From: Phallusia mammillata
Taxonomy: Eukaryota
Assembly: GCA_965637545.1 (NCBI GenBank)
Contig: OZ281500.1
Location: forward strand, 23,436,001-23,500,000
Direction: 5' to 3'
Length of the DNA stretch: 64,000 nucleotides
Shown here: positions 1 through 12,400 of the stretch, one piece after another
Position numbering within the stretch: the stretch's first letter is position 1
How the letters are laid out: every line of letters begins with the position of its first letter
Translations under genes and position numbers: made by a program
Notes under the pieces: model-generated
Database searches by the model: none
What the model saw: the letters and a program-made list of their open reading frames with translations, nothing else
Told to the model about the DNA's origin: nothing

Positions 1-479
1 CAATTATCCAAAAAATTTAAAGAACTTAGCTCAATTAAGTACACATTCTTTGTAAAAAAAAACTTAGTGAGAACATTCGTAATTGAAACTTAAAGCGTAA
101 AGTTGGAATCACCCACTCCGTTGCTTGGCGAATGCAAACTTATGAGCCTTATAGATATGGCTGTAAGTTCAGAAAAAAAGATTTAGTCGTTCATCCTTTA
201 GTTTTAAAGATATATGTATATATTTAGATATATATATATATAAATATCGCTTTTACAGCATCGTCAGTATCTATTGGAAACATTACTGAAAAATGAATAA
301 TTTAACTGGACCAAAAAGTGCTAAAAGTGACACATTTGGTTGTCAAACATTTCGGCAAATCCTTGTTCAAGTTATCAATTCAAGTTACACAGTTTAATGT
401 CAAATTATTGTATGGCATTTTGTCTAATAGGCAGCACGCAAATAACATAAACAGCTTCCTAAAAACAAGTTTTTCGAAC

Positions 480-3400
480 CTGTTGCCGACCGGTACCAGC
501 CACATTGTCGCCATATCCGTATAAAGTTCCTTCGCTTTTGATTCTCCCAGTAGTTGTGTATCGTAATCCCATCTCGCCCCTTCCAAAAACAAGCCTCTGA
601 TGTAACAACCGTCCACCGGACGCGCTTCTATTTCGTCATAATGCTCCTTCAACACCTGTGAACGAATAAATAAGCTCAATATTTTGCAGATATAAAGTTA
701 GCAAAAATGTTGGATTTTTGAATACATTTGGAGAAGTTTGAATATCACAGAAACGCGAACATTATGATTTTCGTTAGGAATTTAACAAATGCTTGTTTAA
801 AAGGGGTGAAGTAAATCGGCAATGTGGTAATGTGAAAGAAAATAGGAGTGATAAAAAAATCACATTTTTCAAGCAGAAAAAAGCACGTCTAAGGTAGCAG
901 TTTGTATTCTATAGTTTGTAGCAAATTTATTTTCGCAAAAATGGTTTGTTTCACAAACACATCCTTACACTTAAGTGACAAAGTTGGCCAAACATGTATT
1001 ATATTATTGCAAACGTATTTTTAATAGTGAGCTTCGACAGGTGTTCGCTGTTTCGTGTCACGTTCTCCAATGCCCTCATGTTGTAAAACGTGTCCCATAA
1101 CACAGAAAAACAAAGTGTTGACACATTACAAAACATATTTATGTAAATCCCTTTAGGGTAATAAACTTCCATCAGTCGTTAACAAGTCAACTTTAGAAGT
1201 GCTTTGACGCAAAACACACTAACGTACACAAAGTTACGCCCTACATGGAACACATGAACCAGAAAAGAATCTGAATTATTTATGAACAGTTTGCATATTA
1301 TGCGCACAACAGTCGTGTTTGCCGATAACACGTACATGTTGGGCTGCAGTTTAAAGCCAAACAAAATTATCATTGATTTTTTAGTGGGCGCCGATGGCAC
1401 GAGATAATTCGATTGTGTTGTCAGTCAGTAGTGACGTAACAATAGATGTCACGTGGTAATTGTGAACACAATCGATTGTCGAACGAAGCCATTGTCATTC
1501 GGGTTTGTTGTCATAAACATCGGGAAACAAACTGGAATTTGTTTATCCACAAAAGTTATCTAGTTATGACCTTATCATCACTTATTGTAGCAACTGTAAC
1601 ATGACGTCACACGCCGGGTGTTCTATGACGTAACAACGTACTTCCTTTTTTGTGATGGCACCATATACTTTTGCTTTTTGACTTAAATATGTATTTACAT
1701 TTTCATGGCGCAATATTGCCATTTTGTGACGTAACAACGTACTCTTATTTTGTGACGCCACATGTGTCCTCTTTAGTGACGTCATAATGCCCCTGTACTT
1801 AAACAATCCAATTCACGAGTAAAATCACCTTAAAACCGAAGCTTATGGTGTCGATTGAGATAACCTCCTTCCTCGCGTAATTCTGTAGTGTTCCTGTGAG
1901 GAAAGCTTGTGGGAAGAAAAATCCTGAAATCCAGAAGACGACAGGGACACCGTGGTCGATCCAGTGTTGGATAAACTTGATGCGAGCGAGCAAGTCTTCC
2001 AACCATGAAGCGAGAGGTTTCAGTGATGGGTAGGCCTGGGTGTAAATTAACGGTTTGTTGGATTCGAGTTGGAAAATAGCTTCAACACAAACTGTACAGC
2101 GTAATATGTATCACCTGAAACGTTGTACCTAACGTGGTCAAGATGCACAAACAGTGAATTATTAGTGAATTTTACGAGGTATTAGTGAATTTTACGAGGT
2201 ATTTTATACTATAAATAACATTGTCAGCATTTTAAATATTTATTTTAATACATTCCCGTCTTGATTTTTAGCTTAGCTATATACAACGCAACTATCAAAA
2301 TTATACTAAACTCCTTTTAAACATTGCATAAAATGTCATTACTTAGCTGACAAATTCAGCACAAACTTAAATCAGTCTGTATATTTATTATTGCAAAACA
2401 CTTAAAATTATATTTTGCCCAAAAATATGGCATCGTCAGTCCTAAGCTGATTTAAGTGTGTGCTAAATCTGTCAGCTAAGTAATGCCAATATATGTAACT
2501 GGCGTCGTCTGTGGAGCATCCGTGAATCAGGACGATTTCTGCATTAGTACATCGCTATTGCATAAAGTGTTTGTTTGAGCACCTATTTTACAATTTACCT
2601 TTCCAGACCATAGTGTAGGAACTTCGTTAATGTATAAACTATTGAACATCATTTCTAACGACTCTGACATGACGACGAGACCCTTGATGGCTTTGAGCAA
2701 GTCTTGAGACGATTGGATGATGGCGTTCAACAATCGGTTGTATCTGAAATTTGTGAAAATTGCCGATGGTTTTGTAATGCAGTAACACTTCCAAATTGTA
2801 AAACTAGGCATATTTTTGTTGTGACAAAAGTTGATTGTCGAAACGTTATGTTTCATACAAATATGGCTTGTTTATTTCACGTTAAAATTTTTAAAACCGT
2901 GAACACCTAACTTTTTGTTACAGTTTGCAACATTTTAGTAACAACTCCTGCTATGTTGTATTGTTGCATAAAAAATGTTTGCTGTTTTTTTTTGCTAGTG
3001 TAAACCAAAGAAATACACTTACGTAACATTTGCATTTTTTCCTAAAAATAGATTTCTTTTTCGCATGTTTCTGACCTTGGATAATTTCAAGGTCATTACC
3101 ACGCCTCACCTGATAACTTCCTGTACTAACACAGTGTTCATAGACTCCTCATACATCACCGGATATTTCTCCATCACTTCATCAAGAGGGAAAGGTTTTG
3201 GGACTTCAGAGAGAATTTTCTTGGTGACTTCCTCCACAACCTAAAGCAACGGAGAAAAGGTAACGAATACACCTTATAAGTCGATTCTGTGTACGAAGTC
3301 TAAAACTTTGGTAATTTGTTCCTTTGTTTGTTTCATTTTTATCCTCGGTGGGTGGGCAACGCCCTAATGCAGAGGTGTGCAACCTGCGGCCCGCGGGCCA

Positions 3401-6400
3401 AATGCGGCCCTTTATTAAAGGTTGTGCGGCCCGCAGAGACCCTTGGATTTCAAATGTCCTGGCAAACGAGTATAACTAATATATATTTTTGAGCAAGATT
3501 AATGCGCCCGATGCTATCTTTCTGTGACCTGGCAATATGTGGCTAGAATCAAATGCGAATTTAACTGGTAGTTAAGCATATTTGGTAAGCAACAAAGAAA
3601 AATCACCTTGTGTAAAACACAGGTGCGGCCCGCGATCTAATTTCGGCAATCGTATTTGGCCCCACAGCAACAAAGGTTGCACACCCCTGCCCTAATGCGT
3701 TATGCTCACAATGAGTCCGCCGTCGAGCTACTTATTTTATCCCAAGCCCATTCAATCATTTTTGTTCGAGTTTTTTCGACAAAGGCAGTTGGTGACTTCA
3801 ATTTAGTTCAACCCATCGGGAACCACTGGGTTGGAGCAATGCCGCTTAAGTGTCTTGCTCAGGGAAACACAAGCAACCGAGATAGGATTAGAACACACAA
3901 CCAGTGTTTATTTTAAGGTGTTTTGGGGGAAATAATTCGTTTAACTTTAAGCAAATATGGCTATTTTTTGGTATTTAAATGAAACACTTGCGGTCTCTTA
4001 AAACTACTTAGCGGTCACCCAAACCAAACCTTAAAAAAAACCTGCCCACAACCTTGTGATCACAAGGCAGTTACGCTAACCTCGCTGTCATCTTGGTGGT
4101 AAAAAGGCCAAACAACCTGGGAATTTACTGTGTACGCGTAGTGATCGCGAGGTTGTGGGTTCTTATCCTGCCTCGTTAGCTTGTGTTTACCTGATCAAGA
4201 AATTAGCAATAAGATACAACAAGTTAAAGCTAAATGTCTTACTACTGTTGACGTCAAGAGGTTGACGTTAAGCAATATTTATAACCCACCTTACATTATC
4301 GGATAGTATTAAGTCATACTATTTCTTTGATAAATGATGTTATAATATCAAAGCAGCGTTTCCAACAATAGCTAAGAAATAATATTTTGTGCGAAAAAAA
4401 TCCGGATCCACGCCGACAGTTCTCTTCTCCTACCCACCTCTTCACTTGAATGTCCTGCCGCTGAGGATGTTTTGGGTTGTAGATGGATGAGAGCAGTGAG
4501 GGTCGAGAAACTCTCGTTTTGTGCGAATGTGATGTTCGCGTTATCGTGCATCCCGAAAATTTCCGGCGTATCGTTGATCGGGAGGGTCCTGATGTACTGG
4601 ATGTAACCCTGTAGGTGAGGATAAAGTCTTGGGTTAAAATTTTAGTTCTCTGCTAATTCTAATTGTTTTGCGAAGAAATTTAAAAATATTTTTTATCCAA
4701 AACTGTATTTTAAGAAGGTGACTTAACCACCCCCCCCCCCCCCCCCCTCCCCCCCAAAAATAGTTGAACATAAAAGTCTAAAACACACCGAAGAGCAAAC
4801 GTTAATATATCCAACCGCAAAAGTGCTGTACACAAACAAACTCCCTCCGTAATAAATAAAATTTGCGCTTTAAGCGGATGGATTCTCCCCTGTTTCGAAC
4901 AACCATCATTGAAACAAACTTTTAATGTTTTTGTGTCACATCAGCAAGATACCGGACATAACCAATACGTAAATCCCCACCGCCCCAACACAAAAGCACT
5001 TCATACCACACTTTTTGGGGTGACTTAACAATGACGTCATGGTCGGACAAAAACTGCTTTTTTAGTTTTTAAGTCACAAAATGTCGATGATACCAATGAA
5101 AGGTAATACACCCCCGTCGCTGCACCTATATCACTTTCGGTTGACGCAACAATGACGTCACGCTTCGATGACGTCATCCCCTGTAACTTACGTTGTTGTC
5201 GCAGTCGGTGTCGATCTGTTTGTACATCCCGCTGACAGAATAGCTGTGGTTGATTTTGAGTACACTGAAACTGTAGAAGTCGGACAGAATATTCATCAGG
5301 CATCGCCGATCCCAGTCGTCAGTTACACGCCCTCCGTAGTTGATGTGACCCGCTGTATACGTCAGACACTAAGAGGATATACGGGAAAACCATGGTTATT
5401 AGGAGCCTGGATAAGGTGTGTTTTGAGTAAATGTTATTCAGTGTTATGACTTCTGTCAGCATTCCCAAATGGCAAAGCGTAGGCTAGAAAAATCTTGAGT
5501 CTTTCCGGGACTCGCGGTGAACCCGTCGAAAGTCGAATCACAAGCACCATTGCCTGCCTCGTATGGTGCACATGTCAGCTTCGTTGTAGGGGATCACCAG
5601 TTCGAAAAACATTTTCTGCTGTTCATTATCGCCTAATCAAAGCATTACGCAACAACGTTTTTTTTTTAACTGCAAAAGTGATGGTGTTCTATTGTCAGAC
5701 AACTTGTACATCTGAGTGTAAGTTCGTCTCTTGTAACATAAAACGTCTCACAATTCGCGCACCTATGAAGAATTTATTACAAGATTATTACAATTTATGG
5801 CATGCAATTGGCCGAATAGTCTGAGGCGCCTGACCTCCCGGGTTCGAATCTTAAAAATAAATAAAGTAGTGATTTTTACCTTGAATGGGATATCTTCGTA
5901 TTCATCGAGAAACATTCTCAGCTGCGAGATACAGATGCGCAAATCGCCCGTGGTGAACTCGTAAGGAATGTTGAAGCCGAGAGGACCGAATTTGCGCCTC
6001 TCCAGCCCCACCCCGTGGAAGAGACACAATGAGAAGAGAAGGGACTTGAACTCGGCAACCTGTCGATGTAAGCAGGTCGTGTGTAAAGTTTAATTTAAGT
6101 CTACTTGTCTTTAGAGCAAACTTATGTTTATAGTTACTTGTTACCAACATAGACTGCAAATAATGCAACAAATCCAAAAAGTCAAGTTTGTGGAGCTTTC
6201 TGGCAAATGTAATTTTATTCCGACGTTTCGACGTCCTATACAGGTCGTCTTCATCAGGGTAAATAACACTGAATGCGACTAGCACAGTGCACGATAAACA
6301 AAGGAAACAAAGAATGGAACGCAAGCACGTCACAACGCAACGAAAACACCGCGTGATAACGAATTATTGGGCCTCTAATCCAATCAGGTTATTAAGCATT

Positions 6401-9400
6401 TGGGACGATTTTGGCGGCATAACTAAGTTTCTTTTAAAGTATTTGTCTTTTAATTTAAACCAGTGGTTCCCAACCGGGAAGGAAATCCTCTCAAGGAAAA
6501 TGTTAAAACTTGAGGGGAGGAATTTGGTTTAATTTTTACATGTGGTTTGTAAATAGGCACTTAAGTTTTGGGAAAATAACCTGTGAAGTTGAAAAAAAAA
6601 CCCGATTTTAAATGATCTTTGTATGGTGTTACAACTACCATGTGGTATATTAGGGAGGAATTAAAATGTTTTGAATTGCTAAGTGAGGAATTCATCAAAA
6701 AAGGTTTGAAAACCACTGGTTAAAACATTACTTTCCATAGAGGGCGGGTGGGATTCGAACCTACATCCTAAACTTTTAAACAGCTCTCAGACGTAAAATG
6801 CTAAAATCTTTTATCTTTCTCATAGTTTTATTTGCAACTTTTAATTATATTTCTTACCTTTGAACACGAGTTGAGGAAATCGTCGTTTTGTGCCACGTAA
6901 GCTCTCAGCAAATTTGCTTTGATTCCTCTCGGTGGTTCGATTGTCATTTTGCTGCCGTTCTGCAGGATAGCAACGGGGAACTGGTTGCTAGGCATTGACG
7001 TCAACCACAGTCTGAAATCTCTGTGAACCTATGAGGGAATAGAAACAAAATTGCAGAATGTATAAACGAAAATTAAGCACAGTTGCCAAATAAATTACAA
7101 TTCCATTAAAGCAGTGGTTCTCAAAGTATGGGTCGCGACCCAAACATGGGTCGCGCAGGGTCAAAAAATGGGTCGCGCTATGCTGATTCAATGCTGACCA
7201 AACGAACTCTTACTGCATTAAGTAAACACAAACGGATTTACTTAATGTAGTAGTAAAGTCACCTCACTCGACCACGTTGTACATTAAACAGAACCAACTG
7301 TTACCACATAAAGACGACAATAGGCTTCCAACTTTACTTTACTGCACATGGCGATTGAAACATTTTTACAATTGGGATTCACTTCTATCAATGATCATAG
7401 TGCTACAAAGCCACAATGTGTGTTGTGTTATGCAGTGTTGGCGAACGAATCGATCAGGTCTGCAGCCATTTTGACATGGGCAGACTCCTATGCGGCGACG
7501 ACGTGGCCTCGAAATTGCCGTCCGTCTCGTTAATACATTTTTTGATGTTTGAGGCTTGGGTCGTGAGATGTTCATAAAACTCAGATTTGGGTCGCGGTCA
7601 AAAAAGTTTGAGAACCACTGCATTAAAGGAACGATAGAAAGGATAAACAAGTAGACCAATGAGAAACATAAAAGCAGAAAAAATGGGGATTTTTAAAGCA
7701 GTCTTTTATATGGACTACTAGTAAAATCAACCATAGTTTTGTTGATTTTATTACTTTAGATCCAAACAACAATTCAGTACTTCATAACCCAACGATTATT
7801 TAAGTTGTATGCGTATGTACAGTTTAGAAAACTGTAAATCCCTCTCTCAAATCACAAATCACAATTCGGCAACGCATAAAGCCAATCCACTTTTACATAT
7901 TAGAAGAGTAGTCTATCTGTGTTCTAGTGTAGAAAAAATATTATTCGCCAATTGTTGTTCCTTGTCTGCTCAAAAGTAGAAGTTTTACAATAATAAATGC
8001 TAATTTTAGACACCCAACCAAACTACAGACGTGGTCTAGTTATTTTCTTATTCAATAAACACAGTTAGTGGTGGGATTCGAACCAACGACCTTACGAACA
8101 CACAACAAACTTACTTTATCCGGGTCGATAGATTCGATCAGCCTCTCGAGGTTAGGCATCCAGCTTGGAGCGAGATGACAGTTTTGGAAGAAAACCCATT
8201 TGCCTCTGTCCATAGCGCTACGTATCATCGCCTCAGCACGTGGTCCCTGGTAAAAAAAGTTCAAGATATTAAAGTGGTTTTGCTCGGCTTCAAAAAAACA
8301 ACAAATTTCGGTTGCATTATAATTAAAGTTTTATTTTATTAAAAATGGTTTCAATTGTAGTGCAAGATAACTTATGAAAAGTTTGGCTTGGTAACAGATA
8401 ACTTACACTACACGTATAATAGTACAATATTTAGGTAGGTGAAATAGAGTGAAAAGCTACAAAAACACAGAAAAAATGAAATGTCTTCGCGAAAGTATCA
8501 AAGTACAACAAAAGAAAAAACTTTTAAATCACTAAAGATTGGGAATAGGCTAAAACGTTAAGAAAGAATATTTTTTTATTATTTTAGCGTCAGTTTGTCG
8601 AGTGTCGATTCTAATACTTTATGTACGTTTGGTTCATCATTGTACGTCAGGCCTATTAGGGACTCACACTAATTTAGACCATCACCAAGCATTCCAATAT
8701 GGCAAGGCGCAGGCTAAAAGAAACTTGAATTTATGTTTATTTTGAATAGTTTATGAATTATTCCACACTTGTTTATTGATTCTATTTGAATAAGGTGCAA
8801 TATAAGTTAGTTAAACTGAAAACCAATGAAATTTAAAACCGAATTTTCCAGCCTACCTGCCCCTGGCCGAGTGAGATCGCCGAAAGCTTTTTAGAGAATC
8901 TCATTTCTTCTGCAAACTTGTAAAGGTCGGCAGCCGGGTCGGTTCCAGCCGACAGGACAAATATAAGTGGTGTTACTGGTGAGGATTCTTTGAACACAGT
9001 GGAAAGGTCGCTCGCTTGAGGCTCGATGAAACGCTGGCCCATGTACTTTGCAACGTAATCTTGCATTGCGTTTGTAACCTGCAAAAACGAATGGCTGCAT
9101 TAAGGCAGGTAGGTTGTGCTAGGCACATATGCATGTAACAAGTGATTTAAAAAATGTGGTTGCTAATGTTTGTTAATAATCTGTTGAAGCAGCAGTTTCA
9201 AAAAACGTTTTTGTTTTACTTGTGTTTTCATAAAATAAACTAATCTCAGAAAAGTGAATTTTAGGATCATGTTACGTGAACACATTCCAATACACAACGA
9301 TTATGACGGCATCGCACGTCATAAAGTACTAACCACGTCAGCGCGGAGACAACGTAGGATGATGATCTTCTGGAAGTCATCTATTTTCTCCTTCCATTGT

Positions 9401-12400
9401 CCGGGCAACTCCTCTCTGTGAGGTTCAACCGAATCGAAAATTCGCCTGAAACCGTCCGAATCATCCTTGAAGTCACGTGCGAAGGTTGAGAACTTCGGCT
9501 ACAGAAGTTTGGAAACAGAAGTTTTAAAACAACAAGGTAGTTTTCCACAACAGTGTTTCAAAACTTTTTTTCAGGCCACACTTACATAACTTAAAAAAAG
9601 AGTTAAAATGTAACAATTTAAGAAACACTTGGGTGCACAAGACATGAACTTGAAGATTAGCTTTACTAAAAACATTGTGAATAGAAGCTTTAATACAACA
9701 AGGTAGTTTTCCACAACCAAGTGTTTCGAAACTCTTTTTACATCACACTTAAATTAAAAAAAAATCGAAATGTAACAATACATAAGACACAAAAAAAATA
9801 TTATTCAGTTGACATTTTACTTGAGCATTCTGTTGTTGCCAGGCAGACTTATAATATTAACAGTTATTTGTTGACTAGTTACGACACAAACTGTTTCAGC
9901 CAAGAGCTTTGCAGCTTTTTTTTGCTTCAAGTGATCCTGTTTTTTTAGGATAAACACAAATTCATCACTAGGATCAGCCCTGAAGCGTCCATGTAGACCA
10001 GCGATCATGGCACAGTCATGTACAAATCATAATACGCCAGGCCTATTGAAGGCGTTGTACCGAATCAGTCGGTCACCAAGCATTCCCAAATGCCAAGGCA
10101 TATAGGATAAAAAATGTAGCAAGAGATATATACAAAAATCTCACCAGAGCAGCCAGCATGAGAATGTCACCCCATGAGCGATCGGAGATCCAATCAGTTG
10201 AAGGATTGGGTAGTTTTTCTGGCACGATCGTTCCTCCAGCTAACAACCACCTCCATTCGTCCGGGTCGATCTTGTCTTCGTTCATTTGGATACGAATCTA
10301 CACAGGGTGAACACGAATACGAGTGAAATAAGTAAAAAAGCAAAATGCACAAACAAAACTATCGCTTTTCAATTTTTTTTAAATATTTGATCCACTGAAT
10401 TGGTCAAAAATACTGAAAGAGTAGCAGGCAATCGGATTGAGTTTGATTTTTTATTTTTAAAACAGAAAATTCAATTACACCCGATTTAAACGGCATTGTC
10501 TGTTTTTGTCTCATTCGAATCGAATCATTTTCATTGATACAAAGTACGAAAGTTTTCAGTTTCAGTGCGTTATTTTTTCAGTACAGTTTTAGTACATTAT
10601 CACTTCACAATTCCGTTTATTAGGCAACCGGATAATCGAATACCGGTTGACCAAGCAACGCATAATCTAGGGAGCAGTGTACTGGACAGGTAGATATGCA
10701 GGTTATAACTTACGCAAAGCAGGAATGCGAACATGAGCTTGTGACGTTCAAACAGGGATCGACAGACGTTGGAATATAAACTGAATGTGTTGTACTCGTT
10801 GATATTCACGATTCGCTTCTCAATTGTGTCTGCGAAGAAACAAAGCAAGTGTCAGCTTTGTTTAAAAAATAGCCAAAATCAAGCCCGAAAGTTAGATGCT
10901 CTAAGGCGAAAGTAACAACCTGATTCAGGCTGGAATTAAGCCCGAACACATTGTGTAGAACCCTACTACTTTTTATTTCAAAGTCTAATTTGCTATGCAG
11001 AAACAGATTGGCTTCCATGTTCATTAGCAATATCCTTATACAGCTGAAACTATCACAGATATATATCCTAATTCACTTTTTGCAGAGCAAAGCACCCACA
11101 TAAAAATACATAGGTTAATTTTGATCCAAATAATTGGATTTAGGCTTCTGCAATCTTCTGCAAATCTCAAAACGTTTCTGTAATCTTAAGTCTGACCTGC
11201 ACGTTCAGCATTTGCAATACTGTTAAGGAAAATCCCGATGAACCATTCCAACGAATACTGGTACATGGGATCGATGTTGGCCAGATCCGACACACAGAAG
11301 AATAGGATCTGGGTTCGAACCGCAACAGGGATGTACTGGGAACGTGTCACGTCGATGTCTTTCTCGGTCTGTTCGGCGATCACAACTTTTGCCTAAAAGA
11401 AGATATTGTGGTAGGGTTTGCTTTTAACTGATATGAATTTAAGGCAGAAGTTTACTCGCAGAGACGCGTGTGTTTTCTTAATTGTCAGTTCCTGTAAATT
11501 TTTACTGACCCTCATAAACATAATCTAATTTCAAAACAAATAGAGCTTATTATTACGTTATGAGTTCATATATGACTCTACACACACGCTAATAACAGAT
11601 TTCCATTTAGTGGCTACTGTTTTTTTGTCATTCAATATGGTCCGCAAGTTGGTGAAAAACCTTGCCTTTTGAGACCTAATACCCACCTTGATTTCACCAG
11701 CCTTGACTTTGGATTGCTCCAACACTTCAATCAGTTCAACATTGTCCACTGGGTTCCCTTCAGTTGCGCTCAACCTGTATAAGATCTGATCCTCAATCTC
11801 TTTCAGTTCTCCCTTCATCTTCGCGTTTGTCACAATCAACTGGTTCTTGGCTTCTTCCAAATCAGGGCGCTCTTCCGCCACCACGCGACCAAGCAGTTGG
11901 TCTTGGAGTCCGCTGTTAAAAGAAAAAACAACAAACATGTTTAGTATTTCTAGTTATTTGCAAACAGCAGAAAAAACATCTCTCTGCGGGACTCGAACAC
12001 ATAGCAACTGTTTCTTAAGTGTTAATGCGCTTACAAAAGAAGGCATTGCTAGCTGACTCTTTTAATTATCGTCTTGTTAACAAGTTAAGAAACGATCTTA
12101 GAATTTCGAGTTGTTTTAAAACAAATAATGCCGTGCTTAAGGCTTGCAAAAAAGTATTGCCATTTTAAAACTAATTTGCGTGCAGCAGATAAATAAGCCT
12201 CTCAGTGAGATTTAAACCAACAGCAATTGAACATGTAGTATTGGAAGGGGATGTTTAGTTGGCATTTTCGTTGATCCTTAAGTTTTGCCTATAAACTAAT
12301 GCTCAACGCAACACAATATGCCCTCAAGACAAAACAAAATGTTATACAAACACATTGAATAACCACTTAGAATTCAGGTAAGTCTGCAAAATATTAATAT

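Noticed and set aside
1-479. Final DNAH1 exon(s) (CPxYKT...GHSTN)
   Set aside because: No matching frame was found; they must lie left of the window.
9525-9790. Local imperfect duplications (about 165 bp at 9525/9695, about 135 bp at 30271/30406, 20 bp x2 at 2161, degenerate catgaaacatct repeats at 35750-36000) and a TA microsatellite at about 210-242
   Set aside because: Ordinary slippage or tandem duplication in introns with no sign of function.
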